A stretch of DNA of 64,000 nucleotides, filler included, from Sphacelaria rigidula (GCA_964200075.2; 5 parts of 5 records of this genome joined end to end with filler, not necessarily neighbours in it); one strand, 5' to 3'; shown: positions 50,752-63,522, counted from the first letter of the whole stretch. Notes: generated by a model from the letters alone, not told the origin. Numbers and translations: made by a program.

Positions 50752-51003
50752 GTGAAATGGCTTGCGCGTGAATGCTTTGTTCTCGCGTGCTGCAGGCCTC
50801 TTGTGTGTTCTATTCGCAGGCCTCTCGACCAGCACGCCGCTGTTTTCTTTGTCACCAGAGCCCGCGCGAGTTGCAGCTGAAGGTTGTCTTGTGTTGATAC
50901 CAGATTTGGACGTATTTCGCACCGTGCTCCTGCCCCTTTCTGCCCTCCATTGCTTGAGCTTATCTTTTCGAGAAAGTCCCGTATCATTGTTAGTGCTGTT
51001 CAT
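50752..51003 (-). CDS. KEN-box/TPR-like gene, probable first exon (MNSTNND...RKDKLKQWRAERG...DKENS...KPFH); candidate CKAP2-like mitotic protein
   Basis: ATG at 51003, CAC/GTGAGC donor phase 0; KEN motif and RKxKLxxW motif. Confidence 0.7.
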
Positions 51004-51302
51004 TGTACAAGTGCTAGTAGTTTCTCGATGAATAGTCCTCACTGCACGCCAATAGGGATCACCTGTGTTTGTGCTTGGTCTGCGAAGGGATGGCGGCTAC
51101 AACAAGTGGCCGTTGAGATTTAGGAGAAATATCACACATGAGACTATGTTCCAATTTTATTCGGTGTATAACTGGTCATTGTTACATTGCCATCAAAGTG
51201 CTTTCTCCTCTTCCGGGAATAATCAACATTAGACCCACTTTTATGGCAAACGAATCCCGATTTTTTTGGGCCCTGATTTTGAAAACATCGGGGGGACTCA
51301 AA

Positions 51303-51402
51303 NNNNNNNNNNNNNNNNNNNNNNNNNNNNNNNNNNNNNNNNNNNNTTAATTAATTAANNNNNNNNNNNNNNNNNNNNNNNNNNNNNNNNNNNNNNNNNN
51401 NN
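51303..51402. other. Artificial contig linker
   Basis: N44-TTAATTAATTAA-N44. Confidence 0.99.
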
Positions 51403-51475
51403 CGGCTGATGCACCCACATACACCGAAAGGTGTAGACTGGTGCCCAGGATAAAGGGGACGACAACACACACACA
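51403..51475 (+). mobile_element. SINE 3' end with (AC)n tail, cut by contig start
   Basis: cggctgatgcacccacatacaccgaaaggtgtagac...gggacgacaacacacacac. Confidence 0.85.
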
Positions 51476-51796
51476 TTCAGCACTTGTCGGCGATCTTAGT
51501 ATTCGGAATTTTTGTTGGTCGTGTACTGTAGAATATATACAATCGAAGCATTTGGGCCATAACGGTCTTCTCACCCGCTTACAAATGATGGTCAAGGCAA
51601 AGAATCGGCAAAGATACATGTGCGTAAGAAAGCTGATCATCCATGTAACGGTGGTGGTCAAGGTGGAGAGTTGACAGATATAGGTATGGTTGAGAAAGGG
51701 GAGACTAATGAAAAAGAAATCAGCCCGTAGAGTATCGATGCGCGTATTCAATCGTTCGACAGCTATAGAGTGATTCATCTGAGTTTTGATTTTTTT

Positions 51797-52320
51797 GGGG
51801 GGGGGGGGGCGTACTCATGATCTTGCATGTAGAGTCAGAAGACCCTTGACCTTGCATCCCTACAAAAGCGGGACGGAGCTCGCCGGGTTTTCGCCAGACC
51901 ACTCTCGCATCCAGGTCACCAGGCGCGAAGCGCCGTGATGTACTCAGCCACCTGCATGAAGGGTGACCTAATCCCAGCAAAGGCTGCTCGGCCCTACGGG
52001 TACTGAATGTCTTGCATTTGAATGACAACCTTCAGAGGGTTTCTTCAATTTCTGCTATCGCCACTTTCAGAGACAGTCATGGGTTCAACAATGCCTCATG
52101 GGCGTCTCACGACTCAGACACCACGTAGTATGATCATCCCCTTTGCGCGGGATCAAGATTCTCCCACCCCGCACAAAATGATGTAGCTCGACTACCGTCA
52201 TGGCTACCGCAAAAAAAAGCAAGCGCACAAAAATATCGGTGACGTGGTCTGCCAAGCTTGCGCAGTGAATGCTGTGTTTTATAACGCCATTAACAACCAA
52301 CCGACGCTGATCCCATAGGG
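51797..52320. repeat. G-run/GTACTCAT dispersed repeat, long copy
   Basis: colinear with 12872-13365 and 5739-6025. Confidence 0.8.
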
Positions 52321-53610
52321 GTCCGCCCCTAAAAACAAATTTCGTTTTTGGGTAGTGTGTGTGTGTAAAATTGAGGCGGACACAGAGGATGATGCTGTCT
52401 GTGGGCAAACGGTTTTACCCACATGGAGCAAGCATGAAAAGTTTAAAATTGAGCGCCTGCTGTAGACATGCCTTCGATTTGATCACGAAGGCAGTAATGT
52501 GAAACGAACTCCCGAATCGCGGTGAAGAGAAACGCTGCTTCCACGAAAAGCGCTTCAAACACGCGAACTCCGATGTAATAAGACAACACTTCCGACCCCG
52601 AACACGTGAGTCCCGTGTGCAAAATAAATTCTTGCCCGCACATGAAGTCTTGTGCAAAGAAAGTTGAAAACCTGGCGCGGTACGCAGGCGGATTCCCATA
52701 CTGTACAATCATGGAAGTGCATGAAAATGGATGAGCTTACTTTGATTCCTTCTTTCACTTGAAAATGATACCGGTTCAATCAAAACATGACCCCATCTGC
52801 CGGGCAAAGGGTCTTTGATTTCGAAAGGGGACTGTATAGGAGTTGAAAATATGGCGCATGTCGTAGCGGCAAATACTCGCCGCGGTGAGGGGCATAACGC
52901 GCTGGACACTAGTACGCCCGGTCAGGGTTCTAATCTTAGCAGGACTGTTTCATTCGCGCTGCTTGCTGTAGGATGCGATTTGTACGGGATGATGTGTTTC
53001 GTGCTGGGGGGTATGAACAACGGGCAAACCCCAACGCAAGAAATACTTGAGCGCGAGTCAATGAGTTGTTTTCAGAAGGTCTGACAGGCGAGCTTACAAC
53101 GTTACCACGACTGTGTGGCTTGCAGAGTCAACATACGAGCTCACTTTGCCGCCGTTTGCAGTTTGTTTCGTCGAGGATATATGGACAAATCGTAGTCCGC
53201 GGTTCGCTTCTTTTTTGTTCAATCAGCAGTTGTCCTCGCCGTCGTTTGTGTGCATGGACTAGAGGACTGCCTGTACCAAAGTCCTGTACTGTGGCAGAAG
53301 CGCCTTCAAAGTGGCAGGCACTTCCAACGTGTATCTGCGGGCCGGTCAGTACAGTCGGTTTCGCCGCATATTGAAATGAAGGTCAGGGTGCCAGGGTCCT
53401 GAGTCTTTCGTGATGCTACGCTCGGAGTTTGTTCGGAGAGTATTGTGCCAGTGCGAAGATGTTGGACCAGCGACCACTTGAAGAACGGCCGACATTCAAG
53501 TTGCCACCAGATAATGTGCCAAAACGAAATCTCCCTTCTCGTAGCAAATTTTCGAATCATCAAGTTTCGCTCAATGAATTTCACATTCGCTCCCCGTTCG
53601 CAGAATATTT

Positions 53611-54754
53611 CACACGTCGGACAGATCAGCTCCCTATAGCTCGAGCTAGCTTCTTTTCAGCGTAGCTCCCTAGTGAGCTATGAGAGCTACACGAGCCACG
53701 CATGTTTACCGTACGTGAGCTACCAACCCGTAGCTCATCAGCTCATATTCATCCTGGATCAGCTATGGGAGCTGTATGAGCTACGCACGTTTGCGATAGG
53801 TGAGCTACCAACCCGTAGCTTATCAGCTCATATTCGTCCTGGGTGAGCTATGAGAGCTGCATGAGGTACGCATGTTATCCCTGGATGAGCTACCAACCCG
53901 TCGCTCATCAGCTCAGGTTTGTCCTGGGTGAGCTATGAGAGCTGCATGAGTTACACATGTTTGCACTGGATGAGCTATGAGGGCTACGAATGCTCATCCC
54001 TTTGACCGCGAAGATAGGAGGTCTCTGAACCAGCATCATTCACAACCGCAGAATCAAGGGAAATATGCTGATTTATGAGATCGCCTACCCTCGCGGTCAA
54101 AGGGACCCCTTGACGGCGAGCATCAGCAATCTGTTGAATCGGCTCCAATTTCACTTGAAAAAAGTATGCAGAACAAGATGGACTCGTACCCTCGCGGCCA
54201 ACCGATCATACGAAATAAACGGTCGATTCTCGTAGACACTAAATATTAATACTTTTTTTAACAATCCGCCCAAGCGACCAAGAATGTGTTAGTTTTTTTT
54301 CTTCACATCGCGAAGAGTGAGGCAAAACATCACAACTTGATATGTGGCACCACCCGTTCGAACAAGAATGTTGCATCACAAGTAACACGGGGTTGGCCAG
54401 CGGCGAGCTAGGCATATGACGTGAGTGAGCCACGACCATGTGTCTCTGAGGTGAGCTACCGGGCGTAGCTCATCCGCTCACGTTCTTCCCAGGTGAGCTA
54501 CAAGAGCTGCGTGAGCTACACATGTTTGCCTAGGGTGAGCTGTCGAGCGAAGCTCATCAGCTCAGATTCGTCCTGGGTGAGCTGCAAGAGCTGCATCAGC
54601 TACACATGTTTGTCCTGGGTGAGCCACCAACTCGTAGCTCATCAGCGCACGTTTACCTTGTGTTGAGCTATCGTTCGTAGCTCACAGGTACATGTTTGAC
54701 TAGAAGTGAGCTACCGCACGCAGATGAGCTAGCTCATGAGCTGCCCTACGTGTG
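53611..54754. mobile_element. Non-autonomous DNA transposon, CACAC..GGACA family, AGCT-rich; perfect 8-bp TSD
   Basis: gaatattt-CACACGTCGGACAG ... CTGCCCTACGTGTG-gaatattt. Confidence 0.9.
53998..54200. mobile_element. Two piggyBac-like MITE units nested in the AGCT element
   Basis: ccctttgaccgcga...cctaccctcgcggtcaaaggg, then a unit with gaatcggctccaatttcacttgaaaaaagtatgca; absent from the 14072 copy. Confidence 0.75.
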
Positions 54755-57700
54755 GAATATTTGATCGACAAACATCCGCCCCATCGTGTGTCCAAGTGAT
54801 GCATACATGCATACGTACGCAGTGATATTCAAAATCGCTTCAGGGTAATCTCAAGGGAGGAGGCTACGCATTTCCGTACAATCGTCGAAAGATGCAGTAG
54901 GCTGGGACGAAAATGGCCCAATGCAAGATGAAAACAATTGACCAGGTTTTCGCCAAGCAGCTTCAACGGTATGTGGTGTACAAAGCGCAGTCTTTCACGG
55001 TCAACAGTTCACCCCACAGCAGCCAGTAGGGGGAGGCATGCAAGCATATTCGGTTATACCTGTATTGCTTTCGCAGCTCAAAACACAGACCTGGGGGGCC
55101 ACATAGCTAATCTCACCTAGCGAGCCAGGCCTGGAGGTGGGAGGGAAGACGTGGCGGGAAGAAGCCTGCAAAGGGTTTCTGCTTGAGTGTCGGCGTTGAC
55201 GAGCGGCACACGAGTTCGGGCTCCACATCCATCAGTATACAAACGGGTGCATTAAAATCGAAAAACACTTTGAATTAAATTACGCAAAGCAGTGGTCATG
55301 TTCTGTGCCACGGGCAGCAAAAACTCTAAACAGCTTTTCTTGCCAAGGTTCTTGCAGCAGTTCGCTGAGTTCGAGCATCGGTGGAGGTGGGTTAAGGGTT
55401 ATGATTTATATACATATATAAAGTGAAGGTATACGCCAAAACCTTTGTTTGGGGTGGATCGGTACGACAATGATGGAAAACAACGAAAAGACAGCGGATT
55501 CCCGTTTAATTATTTCGTGACTAATATGAACTCAGTACTGTTTGTGCCGATCCACGAAGGTTATACCCCAGGCGACTTCCTCTGCCTGCTGCTTCTCTCC
55601 GATGCTTTCTCCCCGACCTCAGGTCTAACTGGCCAGGTGAGATTGATTTTATGCCCATCAACGTCTATGTAGTCAGCTGCGAAGGTAGTAAACGTATCAC
55701 CAAACACATGTTCCCGTCCTCACTTACCGAGCTAGTGAGGGTGTACTGTTTATAGTGAGGGGCTACACCTTGTACACCACATGCTGCCGAAGTTGGTTTG
55801 TATATGGTCGTCAGCATCAGAATTATTCCGGGTTTTCAAGGAATGTCTCCCGTGCTACACTTCGAGAGAACTTGAAAGTACTAGGGTCGGTAGATTTTGG
55901 TACAATAAACAGATCGTCCGCAAAACACGGTGTCCAAGTTAGGGTAACTCGGTGTCATCGGGCGATATACCAATACATACCCCGTTTACCAGGAGGGTGG
56001 TATTGACCGTCAAACACAGTTTTACGGCTCTAGTGCGATCAGCAGGGAGAAATCTGCGGGGGGAAATCCTGTTAGTTTCTTCACAATTACGATCGGAATA
56101 GGCTCGATCGATCGAAGGTACCGAAGAGTCAAAATCTGGGCTAAAAAGTGGCAGGACCCCTCATCTAACCGGTTAGCCCGTAAGTCACTCAATATGGAGG
56201 ACTGATGTTTTCTTTCTTGGAATGTGGAGCGGATACGAGTACTTTCAGATCCAAAATATGATGAGCGGTGGCAAGCGGAAGAGGCTAAAAAAATCGGCAA
56301 TTACGAAGAAATCACAAAATGAATAGTTCAGACGCTGACTACCCTACACTCGGTCGACGTTATCTACCTCGCATTTAGCCATCTCCACCGAACGCAATTG
56401 TCTCCCTCGTTCTAGAATCTCATATTAGACCTGAAACTATTGGCGTGCGACCTTGTCGTGTATCGCATTCATATCCTCCCATCACCATTTTCAGCCGAGA
56501 CAAGGAAATAATTGTTCCGAATACCCAAGCGGATGATCTCGGTGATGACCGGGCCTTTGTCCTCCTACACTGTCTGAGTCCAACATCTAGGGGTAAGCAC
56601 CCAAATTCAAAGCAAGCAAGAACGGCGTACAACAACGCGTGAAATGCATACAATTTAAGAGTAGGGATGATTTTGCTCCCGCGCTGGCAACTTGCAAAAA
56701 AACATGACTGCAATAGACTCAGGAGTCGAATAGCGGGGGTGGTGTCATCAACTCCTGTGCCCCCAGCCTCACAATCGATCGAGAGGGCAATCTGCTGGCT
56801 GGTTGTAAGATGAGAGAATGACGCACATGATCTTCGTCAACGACACAGATTGTGGAGTCTCAAAAGGATGCATTCATTCCATGCATGCTCCACTGGTCAG
56901 CGTCAGCACTACAATACATTAGTACAGTACACCGGCGGCGGTGAAACGCAGCGCAGTACCTCACCGCACCGCACTGTGCTGTAGTCATTTTAAAATCTAC
57001 ATCTGACCTCATCACCAGCAAACGTGTCTACCGACTCGAAGTCATGACACCCACGACATTTGTTGGGGGCTGACGGCAAAAACGTTCCAGTACACAAAAA
57101 CATACTAGTATAAACTGGGAGATGTGCCATCAGAAGCTGTTACAATAATAAGTGTGCACCAGTCTGTCTGCAGTAGCTGCCGGCGGTTTGTGCCCCCGAC
57201 GACGCTTCTTCCAGCCCTGGCTACGCATGGTAAGCAGGACAGGTCTCTGCCATTGCTGCGTTTGGCAGCTGTCGCGTACGCCCGCTCTACCTGACCTCCC
57301 AGCTGCCTCTCGGTGTTGGTCAGATGGTGTAGCCATGAGTTGTGTCTATCGGAGTGATGTGGCCCATCATCCGGGGGGCTTTACCCAGGTTGGCTTACAC
57401 GAGTCTCAAATCAAATGATGGACGAGCCCAGCAAATTCTGCGGTTTCTGGACAAGAAACCAAGTGAAATGTACCCCGTAAGAACCCATTGGTCAAAACAC
57501 CTTGCCCATATCCTGTTTGCACCTCTGTGTGAGATTGCATGGTTTTTGTGCGGTGGTATTTTCCCTCCGTATCACACCTTCATTTTTGTCAATAAAGATG
57601 AATTGAAAGTTTCAGTTCTAAGTCGCCGGCCGCGTATTCACCCTACCCCCCGCTGATGTGATTGGTTCACCACCACGAAAAAAATATGTTTTGTCAACAT

Positions 57701-60700
57701 CAAGTTCATGCAGCACATGGTCAGGATACCGTCTGCATTGCATTCGCTGTACGTCGCGCTCATGGTGCACCAATACTGCTCATCTTCAGCGGACCCAGCA
57801 GGCAGTGATATTCGACGTCCCGTGCGATGAACGTCCAACCATCAACTAGCGGTGTTCATGCGTGGTGCTACCTAGTCCCTTGCCAGCCACCGTGCATGTT
57901 CGACAGAAGTTCAAAACTGAATGGAAACATAACTCCCGCCCAACGTCGCTAGTCGCGTCCAATACCACATTGCTTGAAGCTGCTGACCGCTGCTTGTGTG
58001 AAGAAGGTTGTGCCCCGTTTCTTAAAAGTAAAGACCTGTGTTGCTCGTGTGTCTCGGCTACCCTGCTGTACAGCAACTACTTACTCCCTCCCACCCCGCT
58101 CCTTCCCGGCTAAACAATTTCAAGTCTCGTTTCTTATGCTTCAGAGCAAGTGTTCCTTCCCCCTTCCCCTATATGCTGCGGTAAAATCAAGAAAATTCGA
58201 ATGTGCTTGGTCAGGACAGGTCAGGGGGAACTTGAGAGGGAGGAGCTATGGCACAGTAACCGAGACATGAGCAGCACGGTGCTGTACTGTGCTGTGCTGC
58301 ACTATACTGTGTGTACTGTATCATACTGTATCATATCATACGAGATGCACGTGTGGTAGAAGGGTGAATAGATTGCAACCCGGCAGCCGTGGCGTGTGCA
58401 AAATCGTCAGTGTGACAAAAAACACATTGTGATGAAATAGAGATGATCCAGGCACAAAGCAAGAATTATTACCAAGGACATGTGTCTTCGATCTTTTCAG
58501 ACTTTCGCGGGGAGAGCTTGATTTTGTCAGAGTTCTCCGAAGATGATCAAAACAAGTCCCACGCTATAACTTTAGAGTACTGTGAAGGCAGTCTTGAATC
58601 GATCCATTACCTGACCTGGCTGAGAAATCGGTTTTCACATTTGATTTTCCCCCGAACAAACCGGAGATTTCGAGAGAAGAAAACAGCGCATTTAACCCTT
58701 TTTGGAACCGGGCCTCCAGAACGATCAATGAGGCTGGTTAGGGATGACGTCTCTGGCGTCTGCACGAAACAGTGGCTTTATGTGTAACCGCCGCATGCAG
58801 GGTTAGGAGGAAGACCGGAAGTTGCGTCCAATTTACTTTCAGGTGCAGATACAAACTGAGCTGTAATTTGGGCGGGGTGAGCATTAGGTGATGTACATCT
58901 GATGAACGAGCAGTATGAGTCGCCGTAGAGGGCTTTTAAGAGTATGAGGCGCCCGGCGGGCTGCCCGCCACTTGTGGCTTTGGATGATATTATTGTCCCC
59001 ATCACCCTGCCACACAGCCCTTTGTGGTCGGAGTGGGTCGCGATTCCCCTCTCTGTTGCAAGCGGCATATTCTCTTCGAAGAATACGGGCGTTGCGGCGC
59101 TCATACACACAGTATAGTACAGTATAGTGCAGCACGCCTCTCCAACTGCAGCAGCAGCTACTGCTGCACACGCCCTTGCACGTTCTGAGCGGTTCTCAGC
59201 GGCGGAGATCAGCTGCCTGTGTACAGCTTGTTCATCCCCGCCCACTACATACATGTTCACAGCGTCCTGCAAGTCATCGACAGAGGGATAAGCAGAATTC
59301 ATCACGGTCGCTCCTTTTGTCTTGCCACGACTCACCTGGGTTTAGTGCCTCGTGAAAATGACACCATTGAAGCATGGACGCTCCTTCCCGGTTTTTCCCA
59401 CTCCACCCTGTGTTACTGTTATTACTACGTTTTAGTACATGCTAGCGACCTCCCAAATCCCCCAGAAAATCCAGAGAACGCTATACTGAATGCAAGTAAT
59501 GCCATACAACCAAGCTGCGACCAGCATGCACTTGGAAACCGGGGAAGGATTATCTGGGCCAGGGACAGGGCCCCCAAACAATATTCGCGGTGGCATCACA
59601 CTCGGCAACAGTTCCCGCGCTGGTCTTGCGGGTCTGGTCGATAAATTTCGCCTCGCCGTGATTGTGCAGGTCGCTCCCTGACTTGTTTTTTTATCATTTC
59701 ACGAACACAGGGTCAATCCTGTGTTAGTGGGGAATCGGTCCCCAAAAGGGGTTACCGTGCCCTTGATCATGGTACAGCTGAATATTTCCGAACCTCGATA
59801 GGAGGGAGGTAGGGGCTATGTCGTCGAAAATGGAGAGACTGTCGTTCTATTGACACAGGGCACCCTTTTTCAATTTATTCTCATCTCAGCTCACAGTCCG
59901 AATCTGGCGCCACTCTTGTGCAAGAGGTTCCGGTCAGCACTCGTATGTCAGGAGCTGTCGTCTCCTGCGGCATGCGAAAATCGATGTAGCGCGTTCAGAC
60001 TCCCGTAGAAGGATGTGCCGTAAATGCTCAACTGGAGGCAAGCTTGCCGCGGGTCTCAAAGCATGTCCGAACCTGTGCCTTGTCAGACCACCGTGGATCC
60101 CGAATCTGCCGATAGATCCCAAGTTGAATACAAACGGGTTTGTGGTTGTTTCACCTTGAGATCTATAATTCAACGATCAGTTCAGACCCTCAGTCACCAG
60201 ACCCAAGTCGTACCTCCAGCCCCCGCCATCAGCCCACTCAAAAGCCGCGTGCTGTGCTGTACTGAGCTGTTCCAATCATGGCCAACATGGCCGTCGAATG
60301 GGCTGCCCTCAAGGATGGAAATTGTTCATTAATGAATCATTGGAAAGTGTCGGAAGCTTTTTCGCGTTTTTTGGTGTGCCACCGCTCAAAATTTACTGCC
60401 TCTGGCATGTTTCACGTGCCGAGGAATGATTGTCTGCGAGGAGGAAGAAAAATAATAAAAATCCACAGCGGGTGATGTTGACGGTTCTTGTTTCACTGAA
60501 CATTTCTTTTTACTCTGGCACACTGGATAGCTACAAATCGAAGAAATGAGCCTGGAGGTATTTGAGGAGAGCGATTGAGAGAGATTCATCCCCCTGTACC
60601 ATACACAAAACACTTTTCTTGACATGCTGATCTTCTTCAGCGCTCGATTGCGCTCGCTACACTTTGTGGATTTTGGGGGAGAAGCAGGTCGTGCCCAGGA

Positions 60701-61283
60701 CGCGATTCCCAAGTTGGTGTTGCCGGGGCGATTATAGAGGAGATCTCGTTTGTCGGGGAGTGTTACTCACCACCACTTGTCCAAAAGGCACAGTTCTTCG
60801 ACTCTGGTACAAGGATCAGGTGGAAACGTTTGGGGGAACATTGTGTACACTTATACATTATAACAATAGGGATTAGTTCCATCGAGCACAAACACGGAAG
60901 AGTCAGAGCATGCAGCCATGTAGTAACAGGTCTCCGGACCGTGTATATACTGGTACTTCGATACATATGTTGAAGTGATGTGTAACATATTGTTGTAAGG
61001 ATGTATATTGAACATGAACCATTCGGAATTGTTGTTTTTCCGAGATGTATATTGTGCACGCTCATCACATACTTATTGCGCTGCCAAAATATGTTGGACA
61101 CGCTCGCGGAGAAATATATTGAGCGTTTTCGGCATCTGGTGATACATCTTTCAATGATCCCCGCAAACCTAGAAGTGTTCACCATTCCAATTCCAATACA
61201 GTTTCCAACATACATACTGAATCAATTACATACTTATATATTGCTCCACCTAAATATATTGTGACGGTCAATTCTGTCGCGTA

Positions 61284-61869
61284 CTTCCTCTGTCCCATAA
61301 GTAACCTGCGTTATGATTACGCGGACTCTTGACCGTGTCCTATGCCGTAGGTGATGATGTTTCGGGAATCTGTGGGGGTTTTTTAGTTGAATCCCATATT
61401 TTTTTGCGCACTACTCGGCATGGACGAACGGCCCGAAAAACACCAGTCGGCCGAAAAAATGCCCTACTCCGCCCCTTTTCCGGAAAGCTGAGGAGAACAA
61501 CGGAATCGCGGAAAAATAGCCAGAATCGCGGACAAAACGGAAACTGGCTCTTTTTCTCCGATTCGTCGCTTGTGTGTGACACCTGGGTGTCGTCCAAAAC
61601 CCCTCGGGCACGTAGTAGCCTTCGGTTACTTCAAAACAGGCCAATTTCGTTGAATTCACGCCGAAAATGGTTCAAACCAGTCGAAATTGGTTGAAATTTG
61701 GCTATTTTTGACCCAAATATTCTCGGTAAGTACGAGTCGGGATTTGACTTTTAGTTTGCCTGTGGTCATCGCCATGGCCAGAGCTTTCCGGCAAACCTAA
61801 CTATAGCATAATGGGCACATGCTTCGGCGAGATACGATCTGCTGCCCATATCTTATGGGACAGAGGAAG
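61284..61869. mobile_element. Stowaway/Tc1-mariner-like MITE
   Basis: Perfect TIRs cttcctctgtcccataag / cttatgggacagaggaag; flanks TA / TG. Confidence 0.85.
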
Positions 61870-61937
61870 TGTTGTTATCCAATCGTCGATATATATTTAA
61901 CTCGGGTGGCAGCCGATATATTGCTCCACAAATATTT

Positions 61938-62715
61938 CACACCCTGGACAATACAAAATGTTTTTAATATATATTAGTCGACCATATTGAAATTATGCGA
62001 TATATTGTCGGCGTAATATATATATATATATATATAATATATTGCTACCCTTGGACTGTAAACGTATTGCGCGCCCAATATATATTGATGTCGTGGGACT
62101 GCATACATATCGCTCTCCCAATATATATACTGGTCCTGTGGGGTTGAACACATATTGTCCCATCAATATATATCGGGGCAGCGTGGGCGGCAGCGTATTG
62201 AACAACCACTGTATATTAGGGTCGCCTTGATGAGAACATTTTGACCGGTCAATATATATTGAATATTATGATTATGGTGTACGCTTAAAGAAAGGTCCAG
62301 ACGCGATGGATGCCGGAGCCCGTCCAGATTGGGAAATGCTTTGAAGGGAGCCGTAGAAGTCCGCGTGCATTAATGTGGAGAGTTGTTGAATGTGTTGAGT
62401 ATATTGAATCATCAATATGTATTGATCTCGTATGGCAGCCAATTTACTACTCGACAAATATATATATATATATATATATTGGTGCTTTCTCGCACCAACA
62501 TATTACTCGGCCGATATATATTGAGGCGGCGCGTATCGTGATATATTGTTCGGTCGATATATATTGCATATTGCGGGCCTTGACATATTGATGGCACAAT
62601 ACATCTTGACCCTCTCTCGTGCCATCATATTGCTCGCCGAATATATATTCACCACCCGACGCGTCGACATATTGTGCGGGCAATATATATTACATGTTGT
62701 ATTGTCCAGGGTGTG
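61938..62715. mobile_element. Non-autonomous DNA transposon, CACAC..GGACA family, ATATATTG-rich
   Basis: aaatattt-CACACCCTGGACAATACAA ... TTGTATTGTCCAGGGTGTG-aaatattt. Confidence 0.85.
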
Positions 62716-63522
62716 AAATATTTATGGGCGCCACACCGTGCCAATATATTACTCGGCCAATATGTATTGAGATGGCACGTGTCGTAATGTGTTGTTCGGT
62801 CGATATATATTGCATGCCGCGAGCCTCGACATGTTGATGGCACAGTATGTATATATTGAACTGTCTCTCGTGCCATTATATTGCGAAAACAACACAACAC
62901 AATCTAGACCGTTTTCGCTCCGAATTTTCCACGCACATCGATCAGGGGGCTCCTTTACACCCGGGCCTCAAGACAGAAACAGAAGAAAAAAACATGTCAC
63001 TCGCGATAAACGGCTGAGCTCAAAACGGCGTCTCGCATCCAGAAACTACTTTCCTTTTCTACGCCGACTACCCATCAGGTACACCTGATCCAGGAATATT
63101 TCCTAATCGCACCTTCCCTGGGTCACCAGTCGTCCGAGAAACTACCTGTCGTAGGCCACAGCTTGCTATACGGTACATGGTACGGCATTCTGCGCGCTAG
63201 GGAGTCCACGCGTCAACACCAACCGTGGCGGCCACATATTCCGCCCTTTTCCCGCTCATTTGCTGTTCATGGACGGCACAATGGTCACGCCCCTTTCTCC
63301 CCGGAAATGGTTCCAGAGTTTCTTCGCATCAACACAAGAACTGGACTCGAAACTCACAACGCGTCGGTCTTTTGTGCTTTCGGATGTTTACGTAACATCT
63401 TGCTGTTGCGATTTCGGGGCTGGTGCAAGGGTCACGGTAGGCCCCTGCCGTCACCAACGGACGGTTATCGCATCATCGATGGTTGGTTCAAGGAACGGAT
63501 ATGAACCGTCTCACCTGTATAA

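Noticed and set aside
54800-58600. Scattered short ORFs
   Set aside because: No phase-consistent exon chain or recognisable domain could be assembled.
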